A stretch of 53,743 nt of DNA from Actinomycetota bacterium. GTDB taxonomy: Bacteria; Actinomycetota; Acidimicrobiia; Acidimicrobiales; GCA-2861595. Below the pieces are notes generated by a model. It did not search any database. It saw nothing but the letters and a program-made list of their open reading frames with translations, and was not told where the DNA came from. Position numbers and translations under genes: made by a program. The stretch is taken from positions 1-53,743 of the forward strand of contig JBQTJJ010000096.1 of the NCBI GenBank assembly GCA_052387235.1. Direction: 5' to 3'. This document shows positions 35,408 through 43,679 of the stretch, one piece after another. The first letter of the stretch is position 1, and each line of letters starts with the position of its first letter.

Positions 35408-37272
35408 CTCTCCGGCCCCGGATCCTCGAGGTGGTAGGGCACCGACGTGACGACGGTGTCCTTCCGGAACAGCAGCGCCAGCTTGAGGGCGGCCGCGCTC
35501 TGGTTGTGGAGCAGCTGGGTGGGCGAGAGGAGCCGGCCCGTGACGAACTCGGGGATGACGATGGTGACGGTGTCGTCGTTCCACCGCTCGTCCAGCTCGT
35601 CGAGATAGCGCTCGACGGCCGGCGTGAGCTCCCGGTAGGGCGACGGGACGACCTCGAGGGGGATGTCGAAGCGGAAGTCCTTCCACTGCCGCTCGATCTC
35701 CTCCATCTCGCCGTCCCCGTCGAGGACGTGCACGGCGGCCAGGTGGTTCGGCCGGAGGGAGCGGGCGTACTCCAGGGCCTTGATGGTGCCGCGGTGGACG
35801 CGGCCCACGAGCACGACCACGGTGTGGTTGACCACGCGCGGGCGAACCTCGTCCGGCGACACGGCCAGGATGCCCCGCACCCGCGTGTAGTGCCGCTTGA
35901 TGCTGACGAAGAGCACGATGATCGCCGGCACCACCACGATGGGGAGCCAGGCCCCGACCGCGAACTTGGTGACGGCGACGATCAGCAGCACCACCAGGGT
36001 GGCCGTCGCGCCCACGGCGTTGATGACGACGCCGCGCTGCCACCCCCGCTCCCGGAGGCGCAGGTGGTGGCGCACCATGCCCGACTGGCTGAGGGTGAAC
36101 GAGGTGAACACGCCGACGGCGTACAGGGGGATGAGGAGGGTGGTGAGCCCGCCGAAGGCCACGAGGAGGGCGCCGGCGGCGACGGCGAGGAAGACGATGC
36201 CGTTGGAGAACACCAGGCGGTCGCCCCGGTTGGCGAACTGCCGGGGCAGGTACCCGTCCCGGGCCACGATGCTGGCCAGCCGGGGAAAGTCCACGTAGGC
36301 GGTGTTGGCGGCGAGGATCAGGATGCCGGCGGTGGCGAACTGCAGCAGGGTGTGCAGAGGTCCGACACCGAACACGGCCCGCCCCAGCTGCGAGATCACC
36401 GTCTCCTCGTGGGTCGGGTACGGCGCCAGGTGGTACGCCAGGATGGAGACCCCGAGGAACAGGGTCCCCAGGATGAAGCCCATGGCCGTGAGGGTGGTGG
36501 CCGCGTTCTTGGACTCGGGCCGGCGGAAGGCGGGCACGCCGTTGGAGATGGCCTCGACGCCGGAGAGGGCCACAGCTCCGGACGAGAAGCCACGGAGCAC
36601 CAGGAAGAGCGAGAGGGAGCCTCCGATCTCGCGCACCTCCTCGGCCCGCTCGGCGTCGAAGGGCACCGGCGCGATGCTCTCACCGAAGAACTCCCGCGCC
36701 AGCCCGTACGCCACCATCAGCGTCAGGGTCACGATGTAGATGTAGGTGGGGGCGGCGAACATCTTCCCCGACTCCTTGAGGCCTCGGAGGTTGCCGGCCG
36801 TGAGCAGGACGACGAAGAAGAGACAGAGCAGGACCCGCTTGTCCTCGAGGCCGCGGAAGGCGTCCAGTGAGATGATGGCGGCGACGCCGGCCGACACCGA
36901 CACCGCCACCGTCAGGATGTAGTCCACGAGGAGCGAGGCGCCCGCCACCAGGGACGGGTACTCGCCCAGGTTCTCCCGGCTCACGATGTAGGCGCCACCG
37001 CCGCTCGGGTAGGCGAAGATGGTCTGGCGGTAGGAGGCGACGACGATGGCCAGCAGGACGGCCACCGCGATGGCCATCGGGACCAGCTTGTCGAGTCCGA
37101 GGGCGAGGCTCGAGGCACCCACCGCCGTGACGAACAGGATCTCCTCGGTGGCGTACGCCGTCGACGAGATCGGGTCGGAGGAGAAGGTGGCCAGCGCGAT
37201 CGTCTTCGGGAGCCGCTGGTGGTCGGCCTCGGCCGACGACAGCGGCCGGCCCACCAGCAGGCGCTTCGCCAT
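35404..37272 (-). CDS. APC-superfamily permease with about 190-aa cytoplasmic C-terminal domain
   Basis: Track ORF 35404..37338 was trimmed to the ATG at 37272. MAKRLLVGRPLSS...LPKTIALATFSSDPISSTAYATEEIL is followed by about 12 TM segments and a soluble tail. Confidence 0.85.
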   Translation of the reverse strand: MAKRLLVGRPLSSAEADHQRLPKTIALATFSSDPISSTAYATEEILFVTAVGASSLALGLDKLVPMAIAVAVLLAIVVASYRQTIFAYPSGGGAYIVSRENLGEYPSLVAGASLLVDYILTVAVSVSAGVAAIISLDAFRGLEDKRVLLCLFFVVLLTAGNLRGLKESGKMFAAPTYIYIVTLTLMVAYGLAREFFGESIAPVPFDAERAEEVREIGGSLSLFLVLRGFSSGAVALSGVEAISNGVPAFRRPESKNAATTLTAMGFILGTLFLGVSILAYHLAPYPTHEETVISQLGRAVFGVGPLHTLLQFATAGILILAANTAYVDFPRLASIVARDGYLPRQFANRGDRLVFSNGIVFLAVAAGALLVAFGGLTTLLIPLYAVGVFTSFTLSQSGMVRHHLRLRERGWQRGVVINAVGATATLVVLLIVAVTKFAVGAWLPIVVVPAIIVLFVSIKRHYTRVRGILAVSPDEVRPRVVNHTVVVLVGRVHRGTIKALEYARSLRPNHLAAVHVLDGDGEMEEIERQWKDFRFDIPLEVVPSPYRELTPAVERYLDELDERWNDDTVTIVIPEFVTGRLLSPTQLLHNQSAAALKLALLFRKDTVVTSVPYHLEDPGPER

Positions 37273-37302
37273 GTTCAGCACACGACCATTCCAGCCTGTC
37301 CG

Positions 37303-37362
37303 CGCATCAAGAAGGCGTAAGAATCGGTCGCGACGCATCAGGAAGGCGTAAAGATCGGTTCG
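37303..37362. promoter_or_regulatory. two direct repeats, CGCATCA(A/G)GAAGGCGTAA(GA/AG)ATCGGT, 31 bp apart (candidate response-regulator binding sites)
   Basis: The copies start at 37303 and 37334, with about 24 of 26 positions identical. They lie in the 89-bp divergent region between the APC permease and the histidine kinase, in a locally AT-richer stretch. Confidence 0.5.
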
Positions 37363-38498
37363 TGGCCCGTGCTCGCCTGACGTCCGAGCCCCGACCGGTG
37401 CTCGGCATCACGCTCGGCATCGTCCTCGTGGTCGTGGTGAGCGCGGCGCTCGTGCCGGTGCGGTCGGACGTCACCAGGGCGTCGCCGGCCGTGGCGCTCG
37501 TCATCCCGATCGTGCTGGCCGGCCTCGTCGGCGGCCGCGCCGGCGCCCTGGTCGTCGTCCCCGTCGCCGCCGCGGTGTTCAACGTGGTGTTCATCGAGCC
37601 GCACTGGACGTTCAAGGTCGACGCGCTCGAGGACGGCGTGGCGCTGGCGGTGTTCACCCTGGTGGCCCTCGTCGTCGGGACGCTGGTGGTGCAGGAGGGC
37701 GAGCGGCGCCAGTCGGCCGAGGAGCGGGCCGCCGAGCTCGAGAGCCTGAACGTCGAGCTCCAGGCCGTCCAGCGCGAGCGGGAGCTCCTGGAGGAGGAGG
37801 CCACCCGCGCCGCCGTGCTGGAGCGGGTCGACGTGCAGCGCGCCGCCCTGCTCCGGTCGGTCTCCCACGACCTGCGCACGCCGCTGGCCACGATCCGCGC
37901 CGTCGTCTCCGACCTGCTGGGCGGGCCCGCCTACGACGACGCCACCCGGACCGAGTTGCTCGGCCTGGTCGCGGACGAAGTCGAGCGCCTCGATCGCCTG
38001 GTCGCCAACCTGCTGAACCTGAGCCGCATCGAGGCCGGCGCCCTGCGCCCGGACCGCCAGGCCGTGGCCCTCGACGAGCTGGTGGGCGACACGGCCCGGC
38101 GCCTCGACCGGCTGTTCACCCGGAGCCGGCTGCAGATCGACCTGCCGGCCGGGCTGGCCCTCGTCGACGGCGACTACACCCAGCTCGAGCAGGTGGTGAC
38201 CAACCTGCTCGAGAACGCGGCCCGGCATGCCCCTCGGGGCTCGACCGTTCGTGTCGGGGGACGCGAGGCCGATGGCGTCGTCGAGGTGTGGGTGGACGAC
38301 GAGGGTGCCGGCATCCCGCCCTTCGAGCGCCAGCGCATCTTCGAGCCGTTCCGCCGGGGCGAGGGCAGCGCCTCGAGCGGCGTGGGGCTGGCCATCTGCA
38401 AGGGGATCGTGGAGGCGCACGGCGGCCGGATCGAGGCCACCGCCGCGCCCAGCGGGGGCGCCCGCTTCCGCTTCAGCGTGCCGAGACGACATGACTGA
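37362..38498 (+). CDS. sensor histidine kinase, KdpD C-terminal type (DUF4118-like membrane domain, HisKA, HATPase_c) lacking the KdpD N-terminal sensor domains
   Basis: Track ORF with motifs SVSHDLRTPLATI (H-box), LLENAARHAP (N-box), DDEGAGIP and GVGLAICKGIVEAHGG. The start is uncertain: GTG at 37362, with an alternative at 37398. Confidence 0.85.
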   Translation: MARARLTSEPRPVLGITLGIVLVVVVSAALVPVRSDVTRASPAVALVIPIVLAGLVGGRAGALVVVPVAAAVFNVVFIEPHWTFKVDALEDGVALAVFTLVALVVGTLVVQEGERRQSAEERAAELESLNVELQAVQRERELLEEEATRAAVLERVDVQRAALLRSVSHDLRTPLATIRAVVSDLLGGPAYDDATRTELLGLVADEVERLDRLVANLLNLSRIEAGALRPDRQAVALDELVGDTARRLDRLFTRSRLQIDLPAGLALVDGDYTQLEQVVTNLLENAARHAPRGSTVRVGGREADGVVEVWVDDEGAGIPPFERQRIFEPFRRGEGSASSGVGLAICKGIVEAHGGRIEATAAPSGGARFRFSVPRRHD

Positions 38499-39243
38499 CG
38501 GCCACGATCTGATCCTCGTGGTGGACGACGAGCCCGGCATCGTCCGGGCCCTGAGCGCCGCCCTCCGGGCGCGGGGCCACGTCGTGTCGGTGGCCACCAC
38601 CGGCGCCGAGGCGCTCACCGAGACGGCGACCCGGCCGCCGGCCGTCATCGTCCTCGACCTCGGTCTCCCCGACATCGACGGGATCGAGGTGTGCCGCCAG
38701 ATCAGGACCTGGAGCGAGACGCCGATCATCGTGCTCACGGCCGAGGGGGCCGAAGGCCCGAAGGTGCAGGCTCTGGACGCCGGCGCCGACGACTACGTGA
38801 CCAAGCCGTTCTCGACCCCGGAGCTGCTGGCCCGGGTCCGGGTGGCCCTGCGTCATCGCCGCCCGGTACCGCAGGGCGAGGCCCAGCCCGTGCTCCAGGT
38901 GGGCGAGATCGCCATCGACGTCGCCGAGCACCGGGTCGCGATCCGGGGCAGGACGGTGGACCTCACGCCGAAGGAGTTCGCGTTCCTGGTGGCGCTGGCC
39001 CGCCGCCCCGGCCGTGTGCTCACGCACCGGATGCTGCTCACCGAGGTGTGGGGCCCGGAGTACGGGCGCGAGACCCAGTACCTGCGCGTCTACGCCAGCA
39101 CCCTGCGCAAGAAGCTCGAGGACGACCCCGGCCACCCGCACCTCGTCACCGAGCCGGGGGTCGGGTACCGCCTCGTCGACCCCGGCGAGGCAGGGGAGGG
39201 GTCGGCCGACGAAGGCGGGCGCGGGAGCGGCGGGGCGTCGTGA
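38491..39243 (+). CDS. OmpR/KdpE-family response regulator
   Basis: The ATG at 38491 overlaps the kinase end by 8 nt. Motifs are ILVVDDEP...VIVLDLGLPDIDG...GADDYVTKPF and a winged-helix C-terminus (TPKEFAFL...GVGYRL). Confidence 0.9.
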   Translation: MTDGHDLILVVDDEPGIVRALSAALRARGHVVSVATTGAEALTETATRPPAVIVLDLGLPDIDGIEVCRQIRTWSETPIIVLTAEGAEGPKVQALDAGADDYVTKPFSTPELLARVRVALRHRRPVPQGEAQPVLQVGEIAIDVAEHRVAIRGRTVDLTPKEFAFLVALARRPGRVLTHRMLLTEVWGPEYGRETQYLRVYASTLRKKLEDDPGHPHLVTEPGVGYRLVDPGEAGEGSADEGGRGSGGAS

Positions 39244-39245
39244 GC

Positions 39246-39274
39246 GCGGCGGCCGGGTTCCTCCGGGCCGCCGC
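39246..39274 (+). terminator. GC-rich hairpin after the response regulator gene
   Basis: GCGGCGGCC(GG)-GTTCCT-(CC)G-GGCCGCCGC. It has a 9-bp outer stem plus 2 inner pairs. Confidence 0.45.
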
Positions 39275-39391
39275 CGTGGATCTCGGCCTCTGCCCACGGG
39301 TCTCACGCGCTCGGAGCAACGTCCTGCCCGTTCGGCGGGACCGTCGGATTCGGGACTGACGGCCCTACCACCGAAATGTGGCCGGAAGCGG

Positions 39392-39419
39392 TCAAGTTCC
39401 GGCGCGGCGGTGCCGATCA
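39392..39419 (+). promoter_or_regulatory. candidate sigma-28 (FliA/WhiG)-type promoter TCAAGTTC-N12-GCCGATCA
   Basis: The same motif occurs at 7438-7466. It sits about 8 nt upstream of the start of the second GEMM-I aptamer. Confidence 0.4.
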
Positions 39420-39426
39420 GACGGGG

Positions 39427-39503
39427 TCAGCGAAAACGGCAAACCCGTCGCAAGGCGGGGACGCAAAGCCACGGGACCCACGCGGTCAGCCGGGCTACCG
39501 AAC
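39427..39503 (+). promoter_or_regulatory. c-di-GMP-I (GEMM-I) riboswitch aptamer
   Basis: The sequence reads ACGGCAAACC-CGUC-GCAA-GGCG-GGGACGCAAAGCCACGGGACCCACGCGGUCAGCCGGGCUACCGAACG. It has a GNRA-capped P1b stem, an exact GACGCAAAGCC core and an AGCCGGGCUACCGA 3' element. It ends directly at the SD GAGGAG (39504-39509). Confidence 0.85.
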
Positions 39504-39517
39504 GAGGAGCAACCACG

Positions 39518-39688
39518 ATGGTTGACGCGCCGAGCGCGCCCTTCGGCGGCGTGCGCCGCCTGGCGACGCGCCTGTTCAACTCCGAGCACCACACCGATGA
39601 GTCGGCGTTCGCATGGCTGTGTGACGACCCGGTCTTCGCTGTGGCGGCGGCCGGCCTGTCGCCGCGGGTGCGTCCCGGTCGGCCCTGA
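39518..39688 (+). CDS. small hypothetical protein (56 aa) downstream of the riboswitch
   Basis: The ATG lies 8 nt after GAGGAG. The product is MVDAPSAPFGGVRRLATRLFNSEHHTDESAFAWLCDDPVFAVAAAGLSPRVRPGRP. No motif is recognised. It is followed by an ACCTGCCGG...CCGGCAGGT hairpin. Confidence 0.45.
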   Translation: MVDAPSAPFGGVRRLATRLFNSEHHTDESAFAWLCDDPVFAVAAAGLSPRVRPGRP

Positions 39689-39796
39689 CGGGTACCTGCC
39701 GGGTCGCCGGGTCGCCGGCCGACCGCGCCGGCAGGTAGCGGGACCGGTCGCCAGGGCCACCAGCTCCGCTACCACGAGGGGCCGCCCCCGGGTGCG

Positions 39797-40681
39797 TCAC
39801 GAGGCGTCGGAGCCGGCCCGGCCGCGGGCCTCGACGGCGGCGTCGGCCGCCTTGCCGGCGGCCTCCCGCGCGGTGGCGGCGGTGCGCTCTGCGTCGTCAA
39901 GCTCGGCAGCCAGCTTCTCGGCCTTGCGGGCGGCGCGCTCGGCTTCGGCCGCGGCCGAGGCTGCGGCGGAGCGGAGCTCCTCCGCCCGCCGCTCGGCCTG
40001 GGTGGCCGAGCGCTCGGTCCGCCGGGCGTGGTGCTCGGCCTCGTCCGCCTCGGCCCGCCGGCGCCGGCGGGCCAGCTCGTCGCCCGGGTCGGCCCCGGCC
40101 GCCGGCGGTGCGTCCCCGGCCGGCTCGGCCCTCGGGCTCGCGGTCGTGCGCGCCGGCGCCGGCGGCCGGGCCGCGGTCGGCAGGGAGAAGCCTTCCAGGC
40201 CGAAGCCGGGCGCCTGGTGGTCGGCGTCGAGCACCCCGGCCAGGAGGGGACCGGCCACGGCCGGGTCCACCACGGCGGCACGCAGGGTGGCGGCCATGCG
40301 CTGGCGGGCGGCGTCGCCCCCGGCCTTCCCGGCTGCCTCCAGCTGCGACGAGGCGGCGGCGGTGACCGCGTCGACCGCCTTCCGCTCGGCCGCCTGGGCC
40401 GGCCGCAGCCCGGAGGCGTCGCCCCGAAGGGCCTGCTCCGTGGCCGCCCGCAGGTCCCGGCCGGCGTCGAGCACCGTCTCGACCAGCGCGGGCCGGTCCC
40501 GGGCCACCAGGTTCAGGGCCCAGGCGGTTGCGGGCGGCCGGCGCAGCCTGGCCACCACCGCCGCCTCCTCCCGCTGCTTCCCGGCCCGCAGCTCCCTGAC
40601 CAGCGCGTCGCGGGCGGCGGTGAACTCCTCGGGCTGGAGGGAGTAGAGGTCCCGGGCCCGGTCGGGCACGGCGTCGGCCAT
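39797..40681 (-). CDS. hypothetical protein with Ala/Arg/Glu-rich coiled-coil-like C-terminus
   Basis: Track ORF 39797..40711 was trimmed to the ATG at 40681 (MADAVPDRARDLYSLQPEEFTAARDALVRELR...). Confidence 0.6.
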   Translation of the reverse strand: MADAVPDRARDLYSLQPEEFTAARDALVRELRAGKQREEAAVVARLRRPPATAWALNLVARDRPALVETVLDAGRDLRAATEQALRGDASGLRPAQAAERKAVDAVTAAASSQLEAAGKAGGDAARQRMAATLRAAVVDPAVAGPLLAGVLDADHQAPGFGLEGFSLPTAARPPAPARTTASPRAEPAGDAPPAAGADPGDELARRRRRAEADEAEHHARRTERSATQAERRAEELRSAAASAAAEAERAARKAEKLAAELDDAERTAATAREAAGKAADAAVEARGRAGSDAS

Positions 40682-40740
40682 GCGCCATTCTCGCCGGACC
40701 GGGCGGCGCAACCGCGCCCGGTCTCGCGGGAGCCGCCGTA

Positions 40741-41790
40741 GTGTTGGCCCGGATGTGCGGGGGCCTCGACCAGGGCGGGCAGTGGCACGCCCGCGGCGTG
40801 TCCCGCCGCCGCTTCCTCGCGGCGGGAGCGGCCGGCATCGTGCTGCTGGGACGGGTCCGGCCGGCGGCGGCCGAGGAGACGGTGGACCTGGACGGCCTGG
40901 CCGTCATTCCCCGCGCCTCGTGGGGCGGCGACCTCGCGCCTCGCGCCCCGATCCCCGCCGAGCCCGAGGTGCGCTACCTCCTCGTGCACCACTCGGTGGA
41001 CCCCGGCAACGACTACGCCCCCGCCGACGTGGCCCGCATCCTCCGGGGCTTCGTGGCCTTCCACACCTCGTCGAAGGGCTGGCCCGACCTGGCCTACAAC
41101 TTCATGGTCGACCGCTTCGGCCGGGTGTGGGAGGGCCGGACCGGGAGCCTCGCCGGCCCGGTGGCCGGCGACGCCACGGGCGGCAACCAGGGCTATGACC
41201 AGCTGTGCTGCTTCGTCGGCAACCACCAGGCGGGCCAGCCCTCGGCCGAGGCGTTCGCCGCCATGTCCCGCCTCCTGGCCGTCATGGCCCGCCGCTACGG
41301 CGTTCCCCTCGGGCCCGGCGCCACCACCTCGTTCACGTCCCGGGGCTCCAATCTCCATCCGGCCGGCACCGTGGTCACGACACCCACCATCGCCGGCCAC
41401 CGCGACATGAGCCGCACCCAGTGCCCGGGCGACCTGGTGGCGGCCCGCCTCGGGGAGCTGCGCCTGCTGGCCGCGGGCGGGGCCGGGACCGCCCGTCCCG
41501 CACCGCTCGACCGCCCCACGTCCACCACGGCCCCGCCTCCGCCGGCCGTCGCATCGACCGCGCCCCCGGCCGGGCCGGCATCCACGGCCCCGCCGGCCCC
41601 GTCCTCCACCGCGCCCCCGACCACGCCGGCGCCGGCCCGGCCCGGAGGCGGGCGGGCGGCGGGCGCCGGGAAAGCGGCCGGCACGGACGGCGTGGGGCCG
41701 GCCGCCGCCGTGGCCGCGGTTGGCGTGGCCGCGGCGGCAGCGGCCGGCGGCGGCACGTGGGCCCGCCGGCGCCGCCGGCCCGAGCCCTGA
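40741..41790 (+). CDS. N-acetylmuramoyl-L-alanine amidase (Amidase_2/PGRP domain), Tat-exported, with Pro/Thr-rich linker and C-terminal TM anchor
   Basis: Track ORF. SRRRFLAAGAAG is a twin-arginine motif. The catalytic region reads LLVHHS...WPDLAYNFMVDRFGRVWEGR...IAGHRDMSRTQCPG. The C-terminus is AAVAAVGVAAAAAAGGG...RRRRRP. The start is uncertain. Confidence 0.8.
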   Translation: MLARMCGGLDQGGQWHARGVSRRRFLAAGAAGIVLLGRVRPAAAEETVDLDGLAVIPRASWGGDLAPRAPIPAEPEVRYLLVHHSVDPGNDYAPADVARILRGFVAFHTSSKGWPDLAYNFMVDRFGRVWEGRTGSLAGPVAGDATGGNQGYDQLCCFVGNHQAGQPSAEAFAAMSRLLAVMARRYGVPLGPGATTSFTSRGSNLHPAGTVVTTPTIAGHRDMSRTQCPGDLVAARLGELRLLAAGGAGTARPAPLDRPTSTTAPPPPAVASTAPPAGPASTAPPAPSSTAPPTTPAPARPGGGRAAGAGKAAGTDGVGPAAAVAAVGVAAAAAAGGGTWARRRRRPEP

Positions 41791-41872
41791 CCCGCCCGGT
41801 TGCCGGCCCACCCGGCGTCGGTGAGACTCGCCCGGACCAGGGCACCGGCCCCGGGCGAGGGAGGGGTCCGAC

Positions 41873-42814
41873 GTGGGGCGGGCGAGGGCGATCGTCACCG
41901 TGGGCCTGGCGCTCGGGGCCATGGCGGTGGGCGCATGCCGCGGGGGCGGCCCCGCTCCCGCGCCCCCGTCGTCGACGGGGCCGGCGCCGGCATCCTCGGC
42001 CCCGACCACGGCCGCCGAGGGGTTCGGGCCTCCCGAGCTGCTGGGCCAGGTGGACGACCCGGCCGTGGCCGAGAGCAGCGGCCTGGCCGCGTCCCGCCGC
42101 AACCCGGGTCTGCTGTGGACGCACAACGACTCGGGTGACGAGCCCCGGATCTACTGCCTCACGGCCGGGGGCGCCCGCTGCGGCACCTGGGACGTCACCG
42201 GCGCCAGCGCCCGGGACTGGGAGGACATGGCGGCCGGCCCCGGGCCGGTGGCCGGGACGTCCTACCTGTACCTGGGCGACATCGGCGACAACAACCGCAA
42301 CCAGCCCCAGGTCGTGGTGTACCGCGTCGCCGAGCCGGCGGCCCCGGCGCCGGCGCCGGCGCCGGGGCGGGCGGCGACGGCGCCGGCCGAGCGCATCGTG
42401 CTCCGGTACGAGGACGGTCCCCACGACGCCGAGGCCCTGCTCGTGCACCCCACCACCGGCGATCTGTACGTCGTCACCAAGGCCGTCTCGGGCGCGGCCG
42501 TCTACAAGGCCGCGGCCGGCACCGGCGTGCTGCGGCGCATCGCCGGCTTCGGCCTCGGCATCGGCGAGCTGGTCACAGGGGGCGACATCGCCCCGGACGG
42601 GCGCCGGGTGGCGATCTGCACCTACTACCAGGCCTACGAGCTGACCCTCCCGGCCGGCGCCGGCTTCGACGACGTCTGGGACCAGGACCGCCGGCCGTTG
42701 GCGCTGGCGGCCCGGGCCCAGGGCGAGGCCATCGCCTACCGCCTCGACGGCCGGGCCCTCCTCACCACCAGCGAGCGCTCGCCCTTCCCGCTCCACCAGG
42801 TCGTGCGGCGCTGA
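41873..42814 (+). CDS. hypothetical lipoprotein (beta-propeller-like)
   Basis: Track ORF. The GTG follows GGGAGGGG. A lipobox is present (LGAMAVGAC). Further sequence is SSGLAASRRNPGLLWTHNDSGD...YLGDIGDN. Confidence 0.65.
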   Translation: MGRARAIVTVGLALGAMAVGACRGGGPAPAPPSSTGPAPASSAPTTAAEGFGPPELLGQVDDPAVAESSGLAASRRNPGLLWTHNDSGDEPRIYCLTAGGARCGTWDVTGASARDWEDMAAGPGPVAGTSYLYLGDIGDNNRNQPQVVVYRVAEPAAPAPAPAPGRAATAPAERIVLRYEDGPHDAEALLVHPTTGDLYVVTKAVSGAAVYKAAAGTGVLRRIAGFGLGIGELVTGGDIAPDGRRVAICTYYQAYELTLPAGAGFDDVWDQDRRPLALAARAQGEAIAYRLDGRALLTTSERSPFPLHQVVRR

Positions 42815-42827
42815 GCCACAATCCGGC

Positions 42828-43643
42828 GTGGCCGTGATCGTCCCCATCGAGGACCCGGTCGACGAGCGGGTCTCGGACTACGTCGGCCTCACCGACCCCG
42901 ACCTGCGCCGGCGGCGGGAGCGGCCCGGCGACGGGGACGGGGGGTTCTTCATCGCCGAGGGGCTGACGGTGATCCGCCAGCTCCTGCGCTCGCCGTACCG
43001 CGTCCGCTCCCTCCTGCTCACGCCCCGACGGCTGGCCGCCCTGGAGGACGTGCTGGGCGGCGTCGACGCCCCCGTCTACGTCGGCGCCCAGGAGGTGGTC
43101 AACGCCGTCTCCGGCTTCCACCTCCACCGGGGCGCCATCGCCTCGGCCGACCGAGCCGCCCTGCCCGACCTCGCCACGCTGGTGGCGGCAGCCGACCTGG
43201 TGGTGGTCACCGAGGGCATCAACGACCACGAGAACCTGGGGGCCCTGTTCCGCAACGCCGCCGCCTTCGGCGCCGGCGCCGTCCTCCTCGACCCGACCTC
43301 GGCCGACCCCCTCTACCGGCGGTCGATCCGGGTGTCCATGGGGCAGGTCCTGCGGGTGCCGTTCGGCCCGGCCCGGCCGTGGCCCGACGCCCTCGGCCAC
43401 CTCCGCCGCCTCGGCTTCGAGGTCCTCGCCCTCACGCCGGCCGCCGGCGCCGAGCCCCTGGACGGCGTCGCCCGTCGGCCCCGCCAGGCCGTCCTGGTCG
43501 GCGCGGAGGGGCCCGGGCTCACGCCGGCCGCCCTGGCCGCCGCCGGCCGCCGGGTCCGCATCCCCCTGGCCGCCGGCGTCGACTCCCTCAACGTGGCCAC
43601 CGCCGCCGCCATCGCGCTGCACCACCTGGCCCGGGCCCCCTGA
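42828..43643 (+). CDS. TrmH/SpoU-family RNA 2'-O-methyltransferase
   Basis: Track ORF with motifs NDHENLGALFRNAAAFG, VGAEGPGL and IPLAAGVDSLNVATAAAIALH. Confidence 0.85.
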   Translation: MAVIVPIEDPVDERVSDYVGLTDPDLRRRRERPGDGDGGFFIAEGLTVIRQLLRSPYRVRSLLLTPRRLAALEDVLGGVDAPVYVGAQEVVNAVSGFHLHRGAIASADRAALPDLATLVAAADLVVVTEGINDHENLGALFRNAAAFGAGAVLLDPTSADPLYRRSIRVSMGQVLRVPFGPARPWPDALGHLRRLGFEVLALTPAAGAEPLDGVARRPRQAVLVGAEGPGLTPAALAAAGRRVRIPLAAGVDSLNVATAAAIALHHLARAP

Positions 43644-43679
43644 CGCCCGGCGTGCTGGTGGCCGGTCACGTGCCGGTGC

